Shown piece by piece: positions 12,117 to 21,335 of a DNA stretch of 54,126 nt. Within the stretch, counting starts at the first letter, position 1; each line of letters begins with the position of its first letter. This stretch comes from Oopsacas minuta (taxonomy: Eukaryota; Animalia; Porifera), in contig JAKMXF010000045.1 in the NCBI GenBank assembly GCA_024704765.1, positions 1-54,126 on the forward strand. The letters are read 5' to 3'. The notes under the pieces are model-generated. The model searched no databases. It was not told where the DNA came from and saw nothing but the letters and a program-made list of their open reading frames with translations. The position numbers and the translations under genes are program-made.

Positions 12117-12768
12117 GACGCCATCTTTCATCTCGTTTAGGCGCCATTTATGCGATGACGTCAGCATTTATATAATTTGGCTATTTTCTCAAATTTTTAT
12201 GTAAAAAATGTATTTTTTATAACTTTATGCTAATATTGTTTGAATTCGTATATGTACTTCACACTCAAGTTTAATCCGTTTTAAAGATAGCTTATTTGAA
12301 GAAAAATTTCTGAATTATACCATGGACATGAAAATAATATATTTATCAAAAATAGATTTATGAATTTTCAAAAATATGATATAAAGATGTGATCCGAATT
12401 CTATTCTAAAGAAAACGCGCTAATTGTTTATACCATATGAATAAATAGAGGACATTAATTCCGTTGACGGAAAGATGGTCGCGCAAAAATGGTTGCGGAA
12501 ATTTCGTCGTGAGGAAAATTGGCCATTATTATCTCAATTGGATTCTAGCTGAGAAGGCGCTTAGCCTGAGGACAGATCTGTGGATCTAGGTGGTAGTCAA
12601 CTACCACCTAGATCCACAGACCAATTTTCCTTGCGGCGAAATTTCCGCCATTCTATTAATTCATCGAAATACAAGAATTTCAAAAAGTTCAAAGAATATT
12701 TTTGATGACCATTTGTGTGAATTTTGATGTGATTTGAATGTGCCTAAACGAGATGAAGAATGGCCGTT
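12117..12768. mobile_element. Unclassified TIR element inserted in the dynein pseudogene, containing a nested inner inverted-repeat element
   Basis: Outer TIRs are ...CCATCTTTCATCTCGTTTAGGC / GCCTAAACGAGATGAAGAATGG.... An inner IR pair lies at ~12495-12525 / ~12622-12650. Boundaries are approximate. Confidence 0.7.
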
Positions 12769-13338
12769 CGAACTTTTTAGGTAGTCTTAACTGATTTCTT
12801 ACATTTTCTAACCTAAAAAAGTTCAATTCACAAATTTTGAAGGATTAATTTAACTTTTATGAGATTTATATAAATGGCCTCCATGTTATGGATGTTACAT
12901 ATAGTGATGAAATTTATGAGAGACCTGAATCTGGTAATTTATCTTATTTTCACACCTATAGTTCCATATTAATAATCTCTGTAGTAGGGTGCTATATAGA
13001 GGGGTTATATTTGGAGGGAGTTATTTGGGACCATGTCAACCAGCGTCTAAAGAAGTCTAATCCAAAATTGTTAATCGAACAACTACCCATTCTTCATGTT
13101 ATCCCGGTAGAAGCTCATAGATTGAAATTACAGAACACATTCTGCACCCCTATACATCATCTCTAATAGACGTAATGCTATGGGGGTTTGTCTGGTATTT
13201 GAAGCGGACCTCTTCACACAAGAACACTTCGCATTGGACACTACAGGGAGTTGCCTTACTACTGACAACTAAACACTGACTAATTCTCACTACTTTATTT
13301 CCATTCAAACTCTATAGATTTACTATTATATACTACAA

Positions 13339-13956
13339 ATGCCTGTATCGATTCATAGGAGACTAATCACTATTATTGGAGATGAGGACACATGTACCCG
13401 GTTCCTATTAGGGGGTACTGGGGAGCTGAACGCTGCCAAACAGGCCAATTTCATTACAGTAACGAAAGACACAAGCACTAAGACAAAGAGGATAAATTTA
13501 AACTTTGTACGTCACGTACTGATATAGCTATCCTATTAATAACTCAAACTATTGAAGAAGAAATTAGGTACCTACTTGGCAGTCATACTATTCTATGTCG
13601 ATACCCGCTATCCTCACCGGCGTAAACTTCGTCAAAACACACAGGGTGCCACGACACTTTGTTCATTCCCTAGTTATATATTTTTCTGAATAAATATTTC
13701 ACTTGTCATAATTTTTGTTAAGAGAAAATTTTTCGCTCGCCACCTGCTAAATTGAGTGTGTGGGGTTAGGTTCGGTTTGAAAATTCCAGGGTGCCAGAAA
13801 CCTTTGGCACCATGGCATCACAGCCTCCAGGATGCTAGGCACCCGCCCCACACCCCAAGTTTACGCCCCTGGCTATCCTGGAGATTCCGTCCAAGGACCA
13901 TACGTACGATCCTAGCAAGGACTCTATATTGAAGAGGGCTAGAGGACTTCAGATAG
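13339..13956 (+). pseudogene. ATP6V1F: V-ATPase subunit F pseudogene, frameshifted and interrupted by a hAT MITE
   Basis: LITIIGDEDTCTRFLLGGTGELN..., DIAILLITQTIEEEIRYLL..., [26 protein letters not shown] match the well-known ATP6V1F sequence. Confidence 0.9.
13615..13871. mobile_element. hAT MITE inserted in the ATP6V1F coding sequence
   Basis: TIRs CACCGGCGTAAACTT / AAGTTTACGCCCCTG, with a perfect 8-bp TSD GCTATCCT (13607-13614, 13872-13879). Confidence 0.9.
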
Positions 13957-13989
13957 GTGTGAAAATGTGTAGATATACTATTTAGCAGC

Positions 13990-14290
13990 TGTTGTTGAGA
14001 ATTGAATATTATAAATATAGAGCTCTATAATATACAGTATATGTCCCTAGCAACACAGGAATGCATTGTATACCAATATATTATGAATAATAAAGCTAAA
14101 TCTGGAATATCTGTCAGAGCGTCCTTTTTCTTCTTACAAACAGTTATTAATCTGCCACGTGGGTCACAGGCTACTCCTCTTGGTTCCTCAAGTGGTTTAC
14201 CCTCCCCTGGTCACCAGTGTCCATATTAACCCACCGCCACATAAGAACAGAGGGATGCAATGGTTAGAGTAATCTGACAAGATAATAAAA
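13990..14290 (-). pseudogene. Degraded NHL-repeat fragment
   Basis: Minus-strand translation gives SDYSNHCI... and PLEEPRGVACDPRGRLITV in broken frames. Confidence 0.5.
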
Positions 14291-14340
14291 TCCTCTGGGC
14301 TAATAGTTGAGCAGAGAGGATTCGTTAGTTTTAAGTAGGC

Positions 14341-14410
14341 CAAATTTACCAAATTCGAATTACAAAGGCACCCAACTTCCAGAACCCAAGATTACCAGAT
14401 ACTAGTCCAT
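14341..14410 (+). repeat. Direct repeat copy 2 (see 8255-8340)
   Basis: Same ~70-bp motif as at 8255-8340, in the same orientation. Confidence 0.8.
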
Positions 14411-14859
14411 ATATTAAACAGCACGACCGCCTCGTCGTATACAATATCTCCAGGGGCCATATTTATTTAATATTTGTTAAATTCATTATGTATTACATTC
14501 AATAATTAAAGATATTTGGAATGCGAAATTCGGATTCAGTGTACTTAGTTACTCCTGTATATCCGTTAAGAGCAAACCTCTAAGTATACGTATTTGATAT
14601 TTAGCTGTGGAGTTAGATTTGTATTTAATATAAACAGGTCAATTAATCATAAATACCATACTAACACTTATTACAATCGCAGCCTATTATAATACGAGCT
14701 ATTACTCGGTTACTTCGCGATGGATGCAAATTTAATGGATACTTTAAGTAATATAAATGGAGAATTGATAACATCTAATTTAACCATAGAACTCATTTAG
14801 CAATAATTGGTCGTCTATGTGATACATATGAAAAATTCTGGCGTTTATAACTTTTCCAA

Positions 14860-16225
14860 AAATAATCCTTTTAATTTCAAATTAGATATACACGATGTAT
14901 CAAGTGAGATGTAAAATGAATGTTATCACAAATATTTTAGGAGATATTAATAAAAAACCTCGACCAAAATATGAAATATTGCTTACTCATCATGAAAAAT
15001 TTCGTGATTATAAGTGATGATTGGTAATGTACCAACTTTCTCTTTACACTGGTATGATTCTTTCAAAATAGAAAAATTGTGATTGGCCATGGAATCTGAG
15101 AGGTCAGCAATTATTGAGTTGCATATGGCGAGGAAACGTCCCTCAAAAATTTTGAAACTGCTGAATATTGCAAAAGGACGTAGGGCATTTATCTATAGGA
15201 CGATAAATCAATATAAAGAAACTGGGGACACTGTAGACAAGCAGAGATTTGGTCGTCCATGCTCTGTAACGACCCAGCTCTCAAGAAAGTAGTGCGAGAA
15301 CGGTTTCGGCGGAACCCACACCGTTCGATGAGGAAAATGGCCTTGGGAGCTTAATATATCTCGCCGAGCAATACAAAAGGTTGTCAAAAAAGACCTAGGA
15401 ATGCGCTCTTTTAAACGCAAAAGGTACAATTCCTATCTGGGTCGGTGAAAGAAAAGAGAGTATCCCAGAGTAAGAGCCTACTTGCTCTACACGCTATTAG
15501 GGTTCTCGAAAATATCCTTTTCTCAGATGAGAAAATTTTCACCATAGAAGAGGCTACAAGTAGCCAAAACGACAGAGTCATCTTGACCTCAGTTTCAGCG
15601 ATCCCTGATAAGTTCAGATATATCAGTCGGATGAAGAACCGCTGTCGGTTGTGGTATGTGCTGGGGTCTCTGCTGTTGGCCGGACACCACTGATTTTCAT
15701 CCCCCTAGGAGTGAAAACCAATGCCAAAACATACCAAGAGCTTGTATTAGAGTCTGTGGTAAAAGGTCTGAGCTAGACTATGTGTTCTGGACAACCATTT
15801 GTCTTCCAACAAGAAGGTGCTCCCGCCCATACGGCCAATACGACCCAAGATTGGATGAAGTACAATATTCCCAATTTTACACAAGGATGACTGGCGACGT
15901 TACAGTCCCGATTTAAATCCCATGGACTATTCCGTATGGTCTATCTTGGAAAACAAGGCTTGTTCTGTGTCACACAACAAAGTTAGCTCTCTAAAGATTT
16001 CCTTGTTCGAGAAAATAGCCCAAGAAACTCTGCGTGCCGCAGTAGAAGGATTCCCGAACAGACTCAGGGCTGTCATTTCCAAAAAGGGTGGTTATATTGG
16101 ATAAATGACTAGGCAATCTCTTCCTAATAGTATGTATTAATTATATATAGAAATCAATGATGTGGGTCATGCTGAAAAAATATTATAGGCAAAATGATTT
16201 GTATCAGAACCTTGGAGCCACCCTG
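14860..16225 (+). mobile_element. Decayed Tc1/mariner element, probably maT (DD37D-type) transposase pseudogene
   Basis: HTH region with GRP, FSDEK, FQQ(E)GAPAH and SPDLNPMDYSVW split over frameshifts. Right end is ...CCACCCTG followed by TA. The left TIR was not found. Confidence 0.85.
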
Positions 16226-16440
16226 TACATGTATATATCGGGGAAAATTGATACTCCGTTTTGCATAACTCACGCCTAGGCCCCAAACGATGGGTAAATA
16301 ATATTTAGTTTTATTTTCGTGGATTACAAAATCCACGAGAATATTTTGACGCCAAAAATCTCCAAATTTACGCTTCCATATCAAATCTTTCAAGCATTCT
16401 TAATTAATTAGGCAAACTTATTTACATATTGAGTATATTC

Positions 16441-18495
16441 ATGGCACACCCGAGTCTCAACGTCTGTCAAATAGAAAGGGACAAGAATATCTTAGATTTC
16501 GAATCTATAATGAGTCTCCCGAAATCTCTCCCTGAAGCTTACAAGCTACATTTGAAAAGGACGAACCATCCAGCTATCAAGTTGTTTGCCAGTAGTCTAC
16601 AAGCACATCGCTCTTGCAATGAAGCTATCCTGTTTCTGTATGGAGTGAGTGGTGCTGGCAAGTCATCCACCCTCAATCATCTCTTCTCCACAGACCTGAT
16701 TCCAACTTCTGCTACAGAGTCTGCCACAGATTCTGTCACTGAGTGGGTGAGTAGTATGCATAGTGAGCACTGGCGTGTCTCAAATCTGGAAGTGGGATTT
16801 GTGGATGTTCCTGGATGGGGAGACTCGGAAGGAAGAGACGCAACCAACTTTGCTCTCATGGAACAATTCCTCACTGTACATCTCATTCTCGGATCTAAAC
16901 CGAGAAAGCTCTACCCTAACATAGTACTGCTCGTCTTCAATTCCAATGACAATCGTATTTTGGGCAGTGAAGCTAATGCTTTGAGAATGTTAAGAACCTT
17001 GTCGAAACTGAACATAGTCGATAAGAAGCGACCTAATGTTGTTATCGTTCTAACTCATGTGTGCTCTCATTCAAAGATTGAATTCTCAGAGAAGTTATCA
17101 AAACAGAGTTTAATCTATCAGAACATAGCTCGTTCTTGTTTGGGAGTGAATCCACCTGTTGTCTTGATAGAGAACAATCCTACCTATCAGTTGACTATAC
17201 AGGGTGATTGGACACTGTTATATGATGATACAGAACAACCTCTCAATTTGTATAAAGCTATCAGAGATCTGATGGTGAGTGCAGGAGATGAAGTAGGGAA
17301 GGAAGCAATACGTCTCTACTTTGATTCTAGAGCTAAGAATCAACCCAAAGAGAGACTCAGGATAGATTCTAACTTGTGTAATAAAAAGATGTTAACAAAA
17401 CTTGAGAAAAATTGGTTAACTAATATTCAGTCAAGATTACCATCTTATAAATCAACTTCTCTAAATGTGTATTTACTTAATTATCTTTCTTCACATCCTG
17501 ATATGGATATTAAAGAAGGTGATGTCAACGGACTACTGTTAGCATTAGCTAATAATTGGTCTGATAAGTCTTGTATTAACACAAAAGATCTTTCTGTTCT
17601 GGAATGTTTACTCCCACATTATGTGATGAGTGTTAAAGAGAAAGAATTACTAACTAAGGCATTAGAGTTAAATACTCCTAAAATCCCAGATTGTATCAGG
17701 GCTATGGGGCATGGCTATGATATGAAAAATGGAACAATTACACCGGGACACATAATTGATTTATGTTTGGATGAGTATTTTTGTTCGTTTTTGAATGGTC
17801 CTCTCTCAAAAGCATTTTCGCTCTTTCCATTTGAAGGAAGTAGAATCTCATTTGGTACAATTACACTCGATGAAAGACGCGTGGCTCAAATTCTTCAACT
17901 TAACCTAGTGAAACAACAATTTTTTAATAATAGTGTATCCCTGAAATGCAATACGACTGCGTTAATAGATCCTTGCTTTTTTGAAATTGATCAAATTATT
18001 CGAAGTATGATGAATAATGAATTGGTGCATTTCTGGATAGAAGCAGGGTTATTTAATGTCCAATTAAACTTACCATTTGCTAAACTCTCTAAACAGTTTT
18101 GTGACGTCATCACCTCACTTCCTATTACAGCATTTACCGAAAATGGAGAACTAAATCTTGAGTTTTCCAATTTCTTTAACGAATATGGTCAATTTGTAAT
18201 AATCAGCGCTAATGGAGGTGGAATAGTTGAAGGAACTTTTAACTTTCTTGATTCTCAATCTGATATTTTGGATTTTACTGTACCATCTGATATTTTGGAA
18301 AAGATGGAATCGTATTTAGAGTTATTATTTGATCTAATTAAAGATGGCACTAATTGGAGAGATTTCTCCAATGACTTTTCTCAAGAAATATTTCGATTTT
18401 TACAAAGTTGGAATCGATTAATCTACAATGGTTCGGAGGAGAACAATCCTTCACTTCGCAAACTATTAAAGAAATATCTACTAATAATTATCTAA
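16441..18495 (+). CDS. AIG1/Toc34/septin-clade GTPase - MACPF protein, copy 1, upstream frame
   Basis: G1 GVSGAGKSS, G3 DVPG and G4-like VLTH. The MACPF start motif MGHGYD is at 17704 and the MACPF signature-like FFNEYGQFVIISANGGG at ~18172-18222. The 0-frame tail after ~18400 does not align with copy 2. Confidence 0.8.
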   Translation: MAHPSLNVCQIERDKNILDFESIMSLPKSLPEAYKLHLKRTNHPAIKLFASSLQAHRSCNEAILFLYGVSGAGKSSTLNHLFSTDLIPTSATESATDSVTEWVSSMHSEHWRVSNLEVGFVDVPGWGDSEGRDATNFALMEQFLTVHLILGSKPRKLYPNIVLLVFNSNDNRILGSEANALRMLRTLSKLNIVDKKRPNVVIVLTHVCSHSKIEFSEKLSKQSLIYQNIARSCLGVNPPVVLIENNPTYQLTIQGDWTLLYDDTEQPLNLYKAIRDLMVSAGDEVGKEAIRLYFDSRAKNQPKERLRIDSNLCNKKMLTKLEKNWLTNIQSRLPSYKSTSLNVYLLNYLSSHPDMDIKEGDVNGLLLALANNWSDKSCINTKDLSVLECLLPHYVMSVKEKELLTKALELNTPKIPDCIRAMGHGYDMKNGTITPGHIIDLCLDEYFCSFLNGPLSKAFSLFPFEGSRISFGTITLDERRVAQILQLNLVKQQFFNNSVSLKCNTTALIDPCFFEIDQIIRSMMNNELVHFWIEAGLFNVQLNLPFAKLSKQFCDVITSLPITAFTENGELNLEFSNFFNEYGQFVIISANGGGIVEGTFNFLDSQSDILDFTVPSDILEKMESYLELLFDLIKDGTNWRDFSNDFSQEIFRFLQSWNRLIYNGSEENNPSLRKLLKKYLLIII
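16510..17374. repeat. ~865-bp near-identical inverted repeat (GTPase module); partner at ~22709-23573
   Basis: Nucleotide identity is visible from ATGAGTCTCCCGA to GATA(G/A)ATTCTAACT. About ten amino-acid differences over ~288 codons. Confidence 0.9.
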
Positions 18496-19553
18496 ATTGG
18501 CTCAATTCCCTCAAACAATTTTCAATATTGTTTGACTATTCTTTCAATTTAGTTCCCATTCATCTTTTCGTAGCAACAGAATATCCACAAATTGCTCAAT
18601 TGATAAAACAGGCATTAGAATATACTCTGAATGCTGACGAATTATACTATTTGTATGATGAATCTCTCAATATCGATTCTCTCGCTACTGAAATGAACAA
18701 AACCATCATTAAGAATCCTAGACCAGCATCTCTTCAGTCCAAATCAACTTCTATAGCAGTGACTCGATTTAAGAAACGATCTGAGAGTACAATTGTCGCT
18801 GAACCCTCAGCTCATTTTCAACCGATAAACAGTGTTAGTTTAAAGAAACCAAAATATATAACTAGGGATGAAGTTTCTTCTTCAGATAAAACTAAAATTG
18901 AAAAACTTAAGTTAAACTGCTTCAATTCAGATTCCAAAGTAATCTTGAAGGGCGGAAAGTGTATCAAAATAAGTCAAATTAATATAGGCGATTATGTCTT
19001 ATCCTTAAATAAGAAATGTAATCAGTTTACCTATTCCAAAGTGTACATGTGGGGACATCTAGACCATGACTCAACAGCTTCCTTCCTGGAGATACAACAT
19101 GAATATGGTTCAATCAAGTTAACAGAAAATCATCTAATTCTACACGGCAATGATAAGCAGGTGGTCACAGCTTCTAGCTTACATATAGGAGATATAATTC
19201 ACTATTTTGAATCTACAGATTCTGATATCTACCGTATAATTCCTACTAAGGTTACAGGAGTTAGACTACATGTGCACAAGGGAGTATACTCTCCTTTCAC
19301 TCGTAATAGCTTAATTATTGTGGATGGAGTAGTATGTAGTGTATTTGCTGTCCCAGATAGTTCAGTCAACCAGTTTACTAGATTCGAGAAAATTTGTAAG
19401 ATTTCACTGTCTCCTTTCATCTTTATCAGCTTTATTGGCTCTGAGGATAAGCTTATCATAAAATCGCAGAATATCAAATTACATCCTTACACAGAGCTAC
19501 TGCTTCGCCTATATCACTCTGTTCCTAGAGTGAGGAGTTACTTTAATAAGTGA
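18396..19553 (+). CDS. -1 frame continuation of copy 1: end of MACPF + linker + Hedgehog-type Hint/Hog domain
   Basis: LQWFGG..YLNWLNSL..LFDYSFNLVPIHL aligns with copy 2 LVWLAG..YSIWLESL..LFDSSVSFVPIYL. It then has N|CF (Cys at 18918), IGDYVL, TENH, GVYSPFT and VDGVVCSVFA, plus an SRR-like LHPYTELLLRL. Confidence 0.85.
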   Translation: MFTKLESINLQWFGGEQSFTSQTIKEISTNNYLNWLNSLKQFSILFDYSFNLVPIHLFVATEYPQIAQLIKQALEYTLNADELYYLYDESLNIDSLATEMNKTIIKNPRPASLQSKSTSIAVTRFKKRSESTIVAEPSAHFQPINSVSLKKPKYITRDEVSSSDKTKIEKLKLNCFNSDSKVILKGGKCIKISQINIGDYVLSLNKKCNQFTYSKVYMWGHLDHDSTASFLEIQHEYGSIKLTENHLILHGNDKQVVTASSLHIGDIIHYFESTDSDIYRIIPTKVTGVRLHVHKGVYSPFTRNSLIIVDGVVCSVFAVPDSSVNQFTRFEKICKISLSPFIFISFIGSEDKLIIKSQNIKLHPYTELLLRLYHSVPRVRSYFNK

Positions 19554-19596
19554 TAATTATACTTTTAGTACTAAACTTGCTTTCTTAAAAGGTATA

Positions 19597-20888
19597 CAGG
19601 GTGTATCATATGTCTTGGCGGGTCAGTAAAATGTATATAGAATTTTCCGTTATCGAGTATTTGTTCCAATTATTTGCCAATATAACCACCATTCCTATCT
19701 AATACAAGTTGTATTCTAGCTGGCATACTACAAACTAAATTTTCTAGAATATCAGGGTCTATGTCAGCCCATGCGGATTTGACTCGTAGAATTAAGTCTT
19801 CCAGCTTAGTAGCATTTGCCATTTGTCCAACACGATCTTTCAATATTGACCAGAGGTTTTCAATCGGGTTCTGGCGAGTAACTCGGTCACTCAACCTTCC
19901 TCCAAAACCGAGGAAAGTGTTCTACATACCATCTCTGTGTAAAATTCGCAGTGTGAGGAGGGGCACCATCCTGCATGAATAGGAAATCAGACATGTCACC
20001 AAGCATTGATCTCTCCAGAATAGAATCTGTATTTGCAGTTCTATTTGTAGCATCACTACACGTCTTGGCTAAGATATTATCTCGATAGTGGGCTCCATTT
20101 ATCGTTTGTTCTGGAGGAATGATATGTAATTCTGAGAGAGCCCTGTGGGACATCATACCCCAGACTTGGATTTTTGTGGGAAATTTCATTTGAACGATAG
20201 GTTCAATTTTATTTAAATTCTGAGCCCAGATACGATCGTTTTGACGATTTGGTATGGAGAATACTTAGAAAGGTGATTCATCTGACCACAACACCTTTTT
20301 GCAGTCACCAATTGTCTAAATTATGTGATCTTTAGCGAACTGGAGGCGTTCATCCTTCATTTTTCTGTGTTAATCGAGGTATTTGAGGGCGTTTGAATGA
20401 TTTTACTCCCAAAGAATTGGTCAAATAGCTATATATACTTGAATACGAGATAGAATATCCCTTACCATTGAGAATACGTGCAAGTTTACGTGTTGACTTC
20501 CCCCTCTTCTCTAGAGATTTTGAGATGACTACTTGCAGACATTTTCCATGTTTCTCATTATGCCACCACCTTTGTATCGACCTCAAACCGACACCTAGCC
20601 TTGAAGCTACAATCTTCTGCTCAATTCCAGTTTTCAACATGGCAATTGCTTACAGGCGAATGGACAAACCATGATCTTTGACATTCATATTTCACAAAAA
20701 TAAGAGAAATACAAAAATGAGTTAAAATACAAATCAAAGTGAAAGCATTTATAAAGAGGTGTATTTGTAATAGATAAGACTTAGTAGTTAAGTGTAAGAC
20801 AAATATAATTCAATAATAAATTGTCGTCTGGTTAGATCAACTTTAAACATTATGAATTCATACCCGCCAAGACATATGATACACCCTG
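19597..20888 (-). mobile_element. Full-length Tc1-like element with a frameshifted DDE transposase
   Basis: Perfect 27-bp TIRs CAGGGTGTATCATATGTCTTGGCGGGT with TA TSDs. Minus-strand pieces encode WSDES, QDGAPPH and NPIENLW. Confidence 0.92.
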
Positions 20889-21335
20889 TACATTTGTAGT
20901 GTGAATATACGAACTTTGATATTATTGTATTATTTTTGTGGTTGTATATTTTGTATTTCCTTTTAAAGATTGCCAATAAATATGTATATTTCACTAGTAG
21001 CTCATACATCTTCGGTTCTAACTTATCAAGAATAGAAATATATATGTAGAGTAGAACTCGGATTAGATGTACTACGTACTTTTCTCAAAACAGATCATTA
21101 ATTTTGTACGATTGGTAGGGTAAAATATTTGATAAGACTTTTGTTCTGTAGGGGATACGTCTTAGCGAGTTCTACTGGAGTAATAAAGGAAATTTCCATG
21201 CTCAGAACTGAATATTTACGAAATGAAATGTAAACAAGTGTATAAACATTCAAATTCTTATAAGCTCGCCCTTGAATTCCATACAATAGATTTCTCAAGG
21301 ACTAGTTTACTCGAATGCATCTTAAAATAATTCCA

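Larger units (their letters stand above)
8590..13272 (+). pseudogene. DNAH10: Spliced 3' fragment of axonemal dynein heavy chain 10 (AAA6 + C-terminal domain), pseudogene
   Basis: Exons encode [125 protein letters not shown] and HRLKLQNTF. It carries several in-frame stops and frameshifts and retains GT-AG introns. Confidence 0.9.

Noticed and set aside
18900-19400. A true hedgehog gene or a self-splicing intein
   Set aside because: No Hedge signalling domain lies upstream, and the Hint ends in the Hog-type ..CSVFA + SRR-like tail rather than an intein His-Asn/C-extein junction.
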